Assembly: GCF_009914755.1 (NCBI RefSeq)
Contig: NC_060926.1
Origin: the human T2T-CHM13v2.0 reference genome, Homo sapiens
Strand: one strand, 5' to 3'
Length of the DNA stretch: 64,000 nucleotides
Part shown: in pieces, positions 27,693 to 40,443 of the stretch
Numbering within the stretch: the first letter of the stretch is position 1
Layout of the letters: every line of letters starts with the position of its first letter
Translations under genes and position numbers: made by a program
The notes under the pieces: generated by a model
Database searches by the model: none
Told to the model about the DNA's origin: nothing
Seen by the model: only the letters and a program-made list of their open reading frames with translations

Positions 27693-28101
27693 TTAAATAA
27701 TGTTTCAAAGGGCTATCTGTGCCTTAATGATAGGAGCTAGTTTCTTGTTCATTTTTTTATCCCCATCCCCAAACACATAGCAGAAAATAAATTATTTCCT
27801 TGTATGTAGAACGGACTCAGCTAAGTTTATTATATTCTCCCCGGAGGAGGGAAAACACAAAACAAGGCACAAAGGCAGAAGGTGCAGATGTAGCACAACG
27901 ATGAGTTAAGATTCCGCACGCAGGTAACAAGGAGGGTATGGTATATCTCTGCCAGAAGTACTGGAAGGTTTCAAAGGCAGAAAAAAATGTGTTCCGGACA
28001 CCTGGACGCAGAATTGGAGGCATGACAGGAACACAGGGAGGCCCATCTAAGTTGCCTATTCACCCAGGTGACCTCTCTTTCATTTCTTTAATTGTCCTTT
28101 T

Positions 28102-28293
28102 AACAATATGGGGAATTTCACCCAAGGAAAGGGTCCTCTTCTCGCCCCAGCAGGCAAGGGGTGTTCCTCCAGCGCAAGTTCCGGCCCCAGCTGCCCCCAC
28201 GTCCCACAGGTCTCCTGCCTTTTGGCACGCACACTCCTGACCACTCGCTGCTTCCGCATCCCTACTCTGATCCTCTCCCCATGCATCTCTGCC
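28102..28293 (+). repeat. Left arm of a ~190-bp inverted duplication flanking the ARPC2 promoter
   Basis: Reverse complement of 29419-29609; hand alignment gives ~24 mismatches and 3 gap positions (~86% identity). Confidence 0.93.
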
Positions 28294-28294
28294 T

Positions 28295-28440
28295 CCTTAG
28301 ACAACTGAGAATTTTATTGTCTGTTTCCTTTGCCAGACTGTAAGTTCCACGAGGGCAGGGCCTCGTCCATTTCATTTACCACTACATCCCCAGTATAGAG
28401 CAAGAGCCCATGAAAATGTTTGTTGGAGAAATGAATGCAT
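28295..28440 (+). mobile_element. L2 LINE 3' fragment
   Basis: TTTATTGTCTGT...AGACTGTAAGTTCCACGAGGGCAGGG...TGTTTGTTG..AATGAATG resembles the L2 3' end. Confidence 0.65.
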
Positions 28441-28756
28441 GATGGTGTCGCTGGACAGCTATACCTGGAAAGAAAAAGAGGCACCCCCATCAAACAAGCT
28501 GGGAGCTAAGAAGCCCGCTGGGAGACGACAAGGGCGAGCTTCTTGCGAGGTTTCTGAAATGACAAGACCGGAAGAATGGAGTTGGATCTCTGGGACAAGC
28601 GGGAGAGAGAAGCTGAACAGTCAGGCAAGCCTCGGGGAATGACAGCTCCGCGGGGGACGCACTGGTAGGCGGTAGACGTAAGCGGGGTCGGTGGGAAAGT
28701 AGACGGTGGGGCGGCGGCATCACACATACGCAAGCGCAGCCTCCGTTTCCTCCGGC

Positions 28757-28881
28757 GCGCCTGCGCTCGCGTTCACGAGTGGTTGAAGCGGAAATGGCGC
28801 CGCGGGGCCGCGCGTCCAGGCGGCGAGCGGAAGTGGGTGTGAGAGCGGAAGTGGCCGGCTAGAGCCGGGGGCTGGGCGGGG
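28757..28881 (+). promoter_or_regulatory. TATA-less housekeeping core promoter motifs (NRF1, YY1/ETS, 2x ETS/GABP, GC box)
   Basis: GCGCCTGCGC 28757-66 (NRF1-like); CGGAAATGGCG 28789-99 (ETS core overlapping YY1 AAATGGCG); AGCGGAAGTG at 28826-35 and 28844-53; GGGCGGGG 28874-81. Confidence 0.7.
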
Positions 28882-28884
28882 ACC

Positions 28885-28956
28885 GGGCTTGTCGGTGAAG
28901 CGGCAGTGGCGGCGGCGGCGGCGGCTCGGCAGGCGGGTTCAGGCTTCGGGGGCCAG
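28885..28956 (+). other. ARPC2: ARPC2 non-coding exon 1 (5' UTR); start approximate
   Basis: Donor CAG|GTCGGT at 28956/57, paired with acceptor GGCAG|CCGCCGCCATG at 29164/65; contains (GGC)6. The TSS cannot be read exactly from sequence. Confidence 0.7.
28908..28925 (+). repeat. (GGC)6 in the ARPC2 5' UTR
   Basis: Direct reading. Confidence 0.9.
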
Positions 28957-29172
28957 GTCGGTTGGGTGGGTGGGTGTCTCCACAGTCTGCGTGCGTGGGC
29001 CAGCGCGTTCGTCTTACCCTTCCCTCCACCCCGGCCCCTCTCCCCTTCTCCCCTAACCTCCTACCCCACCCAGCCCCACTCAGGGGGCAGCAGGGCCGCT
29101 CCCTCCGTCCTTGCCTCCCTTACCCACCCTCACCGGCCCTTGTTTCTCCTTCCCCTGGGGGCAGCCGCCGCC

Positions 29173-29246
29173 ATGATCCTGCTGGAGGTGAACAACCGCA
29201 TCATCGAGGAGACGCTCGCGCTCAAGTTCGAGAACGCGGCCGCCGG
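29173..29246 (+). CDS. ARPC2: ARPC2 exon 2 coding part ([25 protein letters not shown])
   Basis: Kozak GCCGCCATG; translation matches the ARPC2 N-terminus; donor GG|GTGAGC; 74 nt. Exon begins at 29165. Confidence 0.97.
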
Positions 29247-29418
29247 GTGAGCGCGCGCCCGGGGCCGGGGGTGGCGGGGGAAGCAGAGTTGACCCCAGCT
29301 AATCCCCAATGTTGTCCAGTCCCCCAGACCTGGAGGAGAGAAATGGGGTGCCTGGCAGGGTGTAGGGGCTGCCCCAGCGGGGTAGACGTGGGAGGCGATT
29401 GGGCGCGGCCGGGCGAGG

Positions 29419-29609
29419 GGCAGAGATGCGTGGGGAGAGGCTCAGAGGAGGGATGCGGAAGCAGCGAGTGGTGAGGGCTGTGCGTGCCAAAGGGCAGGAG
29501 ACCTGTGGGACGTGGGGGACCCTGGAGCCGGAACTCGCGCCGGAGTAGCCCCCTGCCCTCTGGGGCGAGAAGGGGACCCCTTCCCTGCGTGAAATTCCCC
29601 GGCATTGTT
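29419..29609 (-). repeat. Right arm (intron 2, inside the CpG island) of the inverted duplication
   Basis: Perfect blocks shared with the left arm include CCCCCACGTCCCACAGGTCTCCTGCC (26 bp) and ACCACTCGCTGCTTCCGCATCCCT (24 bp). Confidence 0.93.
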
Positions 29610-31049
29610 CTGAACCCAGAGAGAGCCTGTTTGGAATTGGGTTGGAAGGAGTTTTCAGGAATTCCCAGGACTGGAGGAGGGAAGGAGATGCAGGCCCACA
29701 TCGCCACCAGCATTCTCGTTCCCCACCCCCATCTCCTTTAAAAGGAGCAGAAGAGAAGACTAAAAGCCGACCCAGTCTTAGAGCCGGAAAAACGCGATCT
29801 CTGGTTTCCCTTCCCCGAACCCTTCTGTGAGAGACACTGGGCCATTTTGTTACATATTTTTAAAGCAAAGCCAATTGTCCCTCGCTCCACACCCCTTCCT
29901 TATCTCTCCTTTGAGGTTCTAATGCTCTCTCCTCACCCACTAGCCTTTATCTGGTTATCTTGTAAATTCTTACATCAAGACCCTAGGTCTGTGATTTCTT
30001 CTGTGGTAGCCCTGGCCCAGTTACACACTTCAAAGACTCCAGAATCTATAAAGTTCTTAGATAACCTGTCTTTACGATTGGACTTTTTAAAAGATGGGCT
30101 TAGGGCATCTTTCCAAGGCAGCCTCTCTGCCAAACACAAGAATCAGTAGAAGACAATCTGCTCCTCCAAAGCTGCTTTGCTTTTCTAGTATAATATTTAA
30201 AACATGAGCTAAGGATTTTGGGTTCTAATTTTTGGTGGCCTGTGGCCAGTCCCTTTGCCTCATTTCCCTATGTATGAGCATGGGGCTTCACATCTGTGTT
30301 TCACAGTTAATAAGTGCAGACCGTTTCTGGTGAACTGGGAACTAGTAATAGGAAAGTGCTTGCAGATCCACAGATGGGAGAAGATTGGTAGAGGGGAATT
30401 TTTAAGTGGTCATAATGTACTTGTGGCTTGGAGGCATTAGAAAGTATTAACTGCCATTTAAATTGAATATATAGTATGTCCTGTCTCCTTTATAAGGCCA
30501 CAGATTTTATCTGTAAAACAAAGCACTACTTTCCTTGAAGTAATACGTGTAGTGAGCAGTACTGTTTCCTGCCAGGGGCTGCAGTTGGTTATATTTGAGG
30601 CTGACTTGCTTCTTTCTTGTCTTAGCCTCTCTTACCAGTTTCTTTGCATTTTAAATATTCAAATGAATCAGCCCAGAGTCTTATTTTGGGTGATTGCTGT
30701 ATACTTTTTTCTGAGCAGTGTAACACATAGGAGGAAGTTGAATTAACTTCTGCATTTTCATAACTGATCTTAATGCATTCTCAGGTCCAGACTAGCAAAG
30801 AATGAGACCTGGGCGGTTATAAGCTGATCTACAAGATAAATGGCTGTGTATTTTCAAGTAGAGGCATGTCTTTTAACATAGGAGTACATTCTCATCTATT
30901 TGTGTATTAATGACTTGTGATTCCAAAATGTGGCCCATTATTCGGAACTTCAGTTCTTTCTTTTTCTTTTAGAAAATTATTCTTAAAAAGAGAAGCTAAC
31001 CATTTCGGAGGGATTAAATAGGCCCTCAAGTCTGGAAGACATAAGTTAG

Positions 31050-31373
<324 letters not shown>

Positions 31374-32027
31374 TAGGGAAGCTGTATAGGGGGTGCACTG
31401 GTGTGTATGCTTGTGCACATGTGCGGGTGTATGTGTGTATAAATCTAGGCTTTTATTCTGGCCCATCTCCCCCTTTGAGATGTGGTTTTCAATAAGCAGG
31501 CTCAAAACATTCTGCTGAAAATTTGAAACTTTGAAAATCTTTAAAAAAAAAGAGACCATGATATTGTGCCTGGTAGGCAGGGCTCTCCTGGGATTACAGA
31601 TGTATCACCCAGTAGAAGCCCGAATGAAGCAAATGTAAATTATCAGACATTCCAGTAAGGTAAGGCAAGGTGCATGCCTATTCCAGAACTTACAGCAGAG
31701 TTTGCCTAGTGTGGTTATCATAAACATGTATGGGATTCTACCAGTGCTCAGCCCAGGCAGCAACAGAAAAAAAGGGGCCTCTCTGAGAGCCTATTAGCCA
31801 AGTTAGGGAGGTGCTAAGGGGTGAAAGGTGTTGGGGTGGAGATCAGAGAAAGACATTAAAGGGAGTAGTTTGGAGGAGAAACCCTGGAGATTTGAAAGGC
31901 TTTGCTGGTGTGGGAACCTGCTAGGAGAGGTCAGCTCCACCCTACTTTTTGCACTTCTCAGAATAAACCGATGGGGGAAATTACAGTTCGGAGCAGCCTT
32001 TTCCAGAGTGCATCTTCCATCTCTGTG

Positions 32028-32215
32028 ATGTCCAATAAGATAGCCATACAAAGTGGCTGGCTAAATTTAAGTAAAAATTAAGTTGAAATAAAATTGAGTT
32101 CCTCGGTCACACTAGCCACATTTCTGGTGCTCATTTGCCACATGTGGCTGGTAGCTGTTGTATTTAGCACAGACATGGAACATTTCCATTATTGCAAAGT
32201 TCTATTAGCACTGTT
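32028..32215. mobile_element. MER3/MER33-like hAT DNA transposon fragment
   Basis: GTCACACTAGCCACATTTC..GTGCTCA..GCCACATGTGGCT..GGAACATTTCCAT..AAAGTTCTATT. Confidence 0.65.
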
Positions 32216-33653
32216 CCAGCTTCTGAAAATGAAAGCATGAGATGGTCTTAAAAATAGTTCTGTGGCATATACTTCAGAATATAGTTGCATTAATTTTCCG
32301 TTTGAAGTTGATTTTTTTTTTTTTTAATGATTCCTCTCAGATCATCCTGCTGGATCTTCTCACCAGTGGCCTCCTACTAAAAGTATCAGCTTTCTTTTGG
32401 GTAAAGCAGTGTTGTCATCTAAACTGTTTAAGAATACATTTGATCATGATAACCTTTTAATTTGGAGGCAGTTTGACAAAGCCTAAGGTTCATTCCAAAC
32501 AGATTGCTTTTTAATTTTTTCCTACACACTTCTGGGAAGTGGCTTATTGAAACAACTCATAGATTGTCACAAAATAATAATTATTGGTAAATTGTCTTCC
32601 CAGCAGCCCACAAACTAAGAGAATGTGACTGACTTAAAAGCTATGCCCAACACTGCAAATAACCTCATGCACAGGTCTGATCAACAGCATTGCCTTTTCA
32701 TTTGGAAATTCTTACCCAGACCCTCAAAGCAAAAGTAATCAGACAAATTAATTTAATTCTTTCGTTAGTGTACACACCAAGAACCGTTTCATAACTGAGA
32801 AGCTAGGCCTGTCAACTTAGCTGGAGTCTGGAGTCCAAAATTGACGAAATTCTGTCAGATGCAAATTGCTGTTGGATTTAAGTGTGTGCTGGCTCCGTGC
32901 CACAGCCAGTGCATATTGCGGGGAGCTGTGGTTCCATGGGGGGGAGTGAAACTCAGTAAGCAAGCAGTGCCAGTTGGGGTGGGCGAGGATGATGGGAAGA
33001 GAAATTTGAAAAAGGAATAAATTAAATCTTGCTGATACTCTGTTCTCATTCCCAAATATATTGCATATGTCCTCAGAGAGACAGGCTGTTTGGAGTGATT
33101 TGGAATTAGGACATTGTTTAAGCATTTAGAAGAAATGGAATGTTGTGTCCAACTCAGTAAGAAGACCTGGTTGGTCTTTTTACAGGTCACTGTAGTTAAT
33201 TACACACTGCCACCTGTCCTGTGGCCTACTTGGGACCACTTTGGTCCTGAAGCCCCAGAGCTGTGCTGGACCAAACTGATAACTCCTTAAGAGCTGGGTC
33301 TATCACTTTAATCATCTTTGTTTCCCCAGCATCCTCATTGTGTATATAGTCAACTCAGTAAATTGGTTTATTGAAGAAATTAATGAAGCCAGATAGAATG
33401 ATTCCTTGTTTCTTTAGGAGCTGACATTTTTGTGACATTGAGTAAATCAGCTTTTAGGTCTCTGTTCTCCATATTTTGATATATGGCTTAGTGGAGAATA
33501 GGACCACCTCTTACCTAATATGATCTATTTTTTTAGGCTTTGCTCAAAAAGAATGATGGGAGCTTTATAGAAGATTTAAAGGAGAATGCTCAGAAACCTT
33601 TATAGTGAGCAGAATTCAGTAATTCCTCTAATTCAGGACATAAGAAGGGATAA

Positions 33654-33755
<102 letters not shown>

Positions 33756-34786
33756 TGAGGTCAGGAGTTTGAGACCAGCCTGGCCAACATGACAAAACAT
33801 ATGTCTACTAAAAATACAAAAATTAGCCAGGTGTGGTGGCGCACACCTGTAATCCCAGCTACTCAGGAAGCTGAGGCTGGAGAATCACTTGAACCCAGGA
33901 GGCGGAGGTTGCAGTGAGCAGAGGTGGCACCACTGCACTCCAGCCTGGGTGACAGAGCGAGACCCCATCTCAAGAAAAAAGAAAAAAATGGGGAATTGGA
34001 TCCTAGGGTGCATTCAGGAGTAAAAACCCCAAAGTTGTTAATGAGAAAAGAAGTTGAGATAATACAGTTGCCAGAAGCCCTTTCTGGATTGATTATTGAC
34101 ATTCTAGAAGCTTCCTTAGAGAAAAGATAGAAGAAAATTTTTTCTAAAGGGTTTTAAGAATAGCTCTTAAAACCTGTCTGAATGAATTGATTATGTTTTA
34201 GTGTCTTGGGTTGTCCAGGCAGTAACTCTGAGGACTTACCCAGCCGGCTTGTTCTAGGATTCCAGACATTACAGCAGTCTGACACTTATAGGAGTTCTGT
34301 TTTTCCTTGTACTGCTAACCAATTCCTGATTCAGGGAATTACCGCAATCCTAAAACCTCTCCCAACCACAGCTTCAGAGTCTGATCTCTGACTCCACCTA
34401 GGAGAAGAACTAATTTATTGATTACCTTCTATGAGCTAGGCACTGTGCTATATGCCTTAACATGGTTTCATTTCATTTCTGTGACAGATAGTGGATCTCA
34501 TTTACAACTGAGAAAACCAGGGCTCTTGAGGATTGGGGGTGGGGGTAGATATTGAATAAGTAACTACTACATATTAAGTAAGCACCGTGCAGGCATCCTT
34601 CACTGTGATTCTTGACCTTGTTTATCGTATGGCACACAGAACATGATTGTATTTGTATGGCACATTTGGGTAAATGGTCTAGCCTCTCAGAGATCCTGCC
34701 ACCTGCTGCCTGCCCTAAGGGATATGGGGATCATTACCTCAGCATATCTATAACTTAAAAGACACCGTTTGAGAAACTTTGCTGTA

Positions 34787-35288
34787 CAGTAGTCCCCCCT
34801 TATCTGTGGTTTTGCTTTCTGCAGTTTCAGTTACCTGCAGTGAGCAGTGAACCATGGTCTGAAAATATTAAATGGAAAATCCCAGAAATAAACAATCCAT
34901 TAATTTTAAATTGTGCACCATTCTGAGTAGCATAATGAAATCTTGCGCTGTCCCGCCCAGGACATGAATCATCTTTTTGTCTAGCATATCTACAGTGTGT
35001 ACGCTACCCTCTGTTAGTCGCTTAATAGCTGTCTAGGTTATCAGATTGACTGTCACAGCATTGTAGTGCTTGTGTTCAAGTTACCCTTATTTTACTTAAT
35101 AATGGCTCCAAAGTACAGGAGTAATGATGCTGGCAATTTGGATATGCCAAAGAGAACCCATGAAGTGATTCCTTTAAGTAAAAAAAGTGACCTTGGTGTT
35201 TCTTTGCTACAGTTCAGTGCTATCCACACTTTTATTTATCCACTGGGTGTCTTGGAACATATCCCCCACAGATAAGGGGAGACTGCTG
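34787..35288. mobile_element. MER44 (Tigger7-derived) DNA transposon
   Basis: TIRs CAGTAGTCCCCCCTTATCTGTGG / CCACAGATAAGGGGAGACTGCTG, with TA duplicated on both sides. Confidence 0.85.
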
Positions 35289-37626
35289 TACTGCTGGACA
35301 TATATCATCTCAGTCTTCACACCAACCTGGGAGGTAGATGTTTTGTCCCCATTTTGTAGAAGAGGAACCTGAGGCCCGGTGACATTTGAGGAGCATTGCC
35401 TGTGGTCACATAGCCAATAAATTCTGAATTCTAAATAACTTGCTTTTTCTCACCCCCAGCATCTGAAATTTTAGCAGCTGGTAGAACAGTAAATAATGTA
35501 ACTATTAATTCTGGGGGCCTATTTAGTGGAACACTTTTCCTGGGCCAGTCTTCCTCCCGCTCCTTTGTAATTTTAAACCACAGAAGTAAAATAACAAACG
35601 CCAGGTCTTGGAATTGAGAAGCAATCTTGTGATGGTATACTTCACGCTCAGCAAACTCATCGTTAAGGCACTGAGTTCTCGGACCTCTAACTCCCAGAAG
35701 ACTTCCCATGAAGTCTCCTTTGGCCTAATACTCTCCTCAGCAGCCATTCTCTCTCTTCTAGCCATAAATAGTAAACTAAAATATTAATGAATGTGATTTG
35801 ACAAATATTGCTAAGTCAGACAGCAGACCACTTAAGATCGATCGTAGCAACTTTTCCCACAAGGATCTGTGCTCAGGATACTTTATGCCTAGAGAAATTT
35901 GAAATTAGAGACTCAAAGTGTGTATGACTTGGAGCCCAAAGGTTATTTATTTATAGTTGGTTTTTCTCAGGTCTTTTGACAAAGTAGGAGAGTGAGGAAC
36001 TCAGCCCTTCTTTGGCTGAATTAAAACCTAAAGGTTAAAAAAAAACTTACTAAGTGATGTAATAATGGGCTTTTATAAACTCCCTGACTCTTCAGCACAG
36101 TCAGCCTTCCCCTGGAAAGTATGCTTCCATGCTTCCTCCCATTGGTCATCCTCTTAATATTTCATTCAGTTGGTCCATGATTAACATTTCCATATTTTTG
36201 TTCTTTGCTCTTGTTTTCTAGAGGTGAGGAATGGTATTGGACTCGTTGCCTTTGTTTCCTGGCTACAGTTTCAAAATGAAGGCTCAGAAGCAATTTAAAT
36301 TTTCATCTAGTTTTTTCCTTCTATTCTGAACTCTCTGCTTCTCCGTAAACCCACTTGATACTTCAATTCGTAGAGATACCCAGTGCGCTTTTCCTAAGTC
36401 ACATATAGAGGGCTTTGAAGAAGCAAGGTGAAGCTTTGTATGATTCGTATAGGTTGATTTTTCAGCAGGGCTAGCATGCTTCATAGAAGCCAGTTTTTTT
36501 GAAAGGTATTGTCTGGCTTCTATATCAGCTTTTTAACACTCATAAACCATGTTATATATTCCATTATTTCCCAGCATCCCTGGAGAGCAACTTAGTCTTG
36601 GTTTCTTTCGCAGGTAATGGAGCAGAGATCGTGGAAAGATACGTACTTGATTAAGAGGTCTTGAGCAAGTTAGACAAAAATAAATGTGAAAACATGCGCA
36701 TCTTGTTTGCTAGCCCCTAAAACAAAGTGGAATCATTGAGTTTACAGGTAGCTAGCTGGTAAGGCAATAGTCTTCATTTGCTTCCTACTTTGGACTTCAG
36801 GTCTGTTCTTGTGTTATATGTAGTAGTTCCATGAGGTAAATAGGTTCATTTTTATTCCCCCATTTTATTGATGATAGGGGAGAATGCAAAGGTGTAAGGG
36901 TATTTGTCCCAAAACATGAGCGTGATGAGAAAGCTAAAGTTGTAAAGCAGATGTCCTGACTATTCTTAGTGATTTCATAGTGTTATTTTGTGTTACACTG
37001 TCTATTTTAAGTTCCGAGCTGGAATTTACAAAGCAAGACAAAACTAGGGTAGAACTAAAGAGGGTTTCTTGAAGGTGAGTGGTAAGTACTTTGGTGATGT
37101 AAAGGAAGAAAGAAAGATGAGTAGGAAGGCTTACAGACGGGTTTTGAAGTGGAATAGAACTTGCCGTTTTGTTTATGGCCCGAAATCATCCTTTCTCTTT
37201 AAGCATATTAAAACCATTCTACATTATACTTAGCCATTTTCCTGCTGAACGTTTTACTCCTAATACCACTGTCCTGTGGGGAAGGCATTGACCAAAAGAT
37301 GGCATTTTGTGGTATATAGCATGTTGTTAGGAAATTCAGAATTGAAAGCGAGCACCAACCAAAGCAGTAGATTCAACAGCAGGTGAAAAACAAAAGCTAT
37401 AGCTGACCTTCCTTTTTTATCTGACCTTCCTTTTTTATCCTCTACTTAAAGCAAGTCCAAAGGTTCAGGTCCATGAGAAAATGAATTGTGTACTCTGATT
37501 GGCAGTAACCTAAAATTTATACAGAATGGTCTGATCTTAAGTGAAGCTCAGGTGCCTTTCCAGTTCCCTTTGAAGGTAAGCAGCAATACAGTCATCTTAA
37601 CTGAGGACCTTTTTTGTTGTTTACAG

Positions 37627-37661
37627 AAACAAACCGGAAGCAGTAGAAGTAACATTTGCAG
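37627..37661 (+). CDS. ARPC2: ARPC2 exon 3 (NKPEAVEVTFA), 35 nt
   Basis: TTTACAG| acceptor, CAG|GTAAGC donor; phase continues from exon 2. Confidence 0.95.
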
Positions 37662-38148
37662 GTAAGCATCTTTATCTCAGCCCTCTGAAGAGAAGGTACA
37701 ATATGAAAAATAGGAAATAGGCTGGGTGCAGTGGCACATGCCTGTAATCCCAGCACTTTGGGAGTCCGAGGCAGGTGGATCACCTGATGTCAAGAGTTAA
37801 AGAACAGCCTGGCAAACATGGTGAAACCCCCTCTACTAAAAATACAAAAATTAGCCGGGCATGGTGGTGGGCACCTGTAATCCCAGCTACTCGGAAGGCT
37901 GAGGCAGGAGAATCACTTGAACTGGGAGGCAGGAGTTGCTGTGAGCTGAGATCACACCACTGCACTCCAGCCTGGGCGATACAGTGAGACTGTCTCAAAA
38001 AAAAAAAGAGAGAGACAAGAAAAGAAAATTGTACCTAAAATAAGCTTTGACATGGATTGGGTGCGGTAGCTCATGCATGTAATCCCAGCACTTTGGGAGG
38101 CCACGGCAGGCGGATCACGACGTCAGGAGATCGAGACTATCCTGGCTA

Positions 38149-38331
<183 letters not shown>

Positions 38332-39198
38332 TCAAAAAAAAAAAAAAAAAAAAAAGCTTTGACATTTTGGATACTGTCCCTCATCAGGTCTTTTTGAGCT
38401 CTTTATAATAGATGACCATTTCATGTATTTAATCCACTGATGACTGACAATATAAAGTTACCTGCTGATAAATTAGAAGTTTGGATTTAATTTTGTGGTA
38501 AAACTGAGGTTTTTTTGTTGTGTTTTTTTTTTAATTTGGAAATATTACATTATCTTCAAGTAGCTGTCAGTCTTAGTTTGCCTAGCACTAGAGTAGTAGG
38601 GAAACATGAACAGCTAGAGATGTGTTCATCAAGTCAGAGAGAGATGTTGCTGCTTTCTGTTCCCTATAAAGAATTAGGTGTTGGTACTATTTACTTGTTA
38701 GGTGAATGAACTCAGAGGAATACAACCACCCTTTCTACAACAAGAGTCCTCGACAAGATGATCTTGGAAGACTTTTGCAGCTCTGAAGTGCTGTTACCTG
38801 GAGGCCAGGCACCATCCCTTTACCCTCCTACTAACTGGCATTGCCAGATATCCCTTCGTGATTCCCATGACAGCTCCATAAAGTGATGGCACTCAGCACC
38901 TAATTCTAGTTTCAGGAACCTATTCCTAGTTTCAGGAATTACACAGGCTGAGTCAGTCCTGTGTACTGCAGAAAGATAGAACCGAAAAAGAGGGGAGTCC
39001 TATAGATTAGAAGCAACTCAAAAGATAACCAAATGCAATGTGTGGATATTGTTTGCATCTTAATTCAAATAAGACAACAATGCTTAAAATTTTTTGAGAC
39101 AGTAGAGAATATTTAAATACTTGACTGAATATTTGTTTTGTTTTTTTGAGACTGAGTCTCACTCTGTCACCCAGGCTGGAGTGCAGTGGCGTTGATAA

Positions 39199-39516
<318 letters not shown>

Positions 39517-39847
39517 TGAACTCCTGACCTCAAGTGATCCACCCACCTCGGCCTCCCAAAGTTAACAGGCTGGGTTAACAGGCTTGAGCCACTGTGCCCG
39601 GCCTTGACTGAATATTTGATATTAAGAAATTGTTTTTAAAAATTTAGGCATGACACTAGTATCATGGTTATGTTTTTTAACAAATAGTCTTCTGTATCTT
39701 CCAAAGATATATTCTGAGTATTTATGGATGAAATTATGTGTTGTATCTGGGATTTGCTTCAAAATAAATCAATGGGAAGGAGGATGTCTAAATGAAACAA
39801 GAATTGTCCATGTGTTAATAATTGTTGAGGCTGGGCAAGGTGGTTCA

Positions 39848-40132
<285 letters not shown>

Positions 40133-40443
40133 TCATGATGGAGATGAGAGTTCATTATACTGTTCGTTCTGCTTATATACATGTAAAATCCAATTATTTC
40201 AGCACCAAGCTGTGATTAAGGAAAGAATAGCTTTGTAATTTTAAGAAAGAGCAAAGAAACGAGTGCTCAGCAATTCTATCCCAGTGTTTCTGCTGATTTG
40301 TCACATGGATTTAAAATAAGTTCCATTTTACTTACATGCCTCCTTAAAAGTGGTCTTCCTTGTGGCCTACGGCAAGGTAGGCGCTTGGAGAGATTATTTC
40401 CCATTCCCAAATTGTTACGCAATCTTATTTGCTTTCCTCACAG

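Larger units (their letters stand above)
28640..29780. promoter_or_regulatory. ARPC2: CpG island / ARPC2 promoter region
   Basis: Sharp rise in GC and CpG content relative to the CpG-depleted flanks; spans exon 1, exon 2 and the ATG. Edges approximate. Confidence 0.9.

Noticed and set aside
28108-29713. Paralogous-looking peptides (GNFTQG.GPLLAP; PPRPTGLLPFGTH) on opposite strands
   Set aside because: By-product of the inverted duplication; indels shift the frame between copies, so there is no coding constraint.
40351-40376. Possible 26-nt micro-exon (AAAAG|...AAG|GTAGGC) before exon 4
   Set aside because: Weak acceptor and only a 67-nt downstream intron; not supportable from sequence alone.
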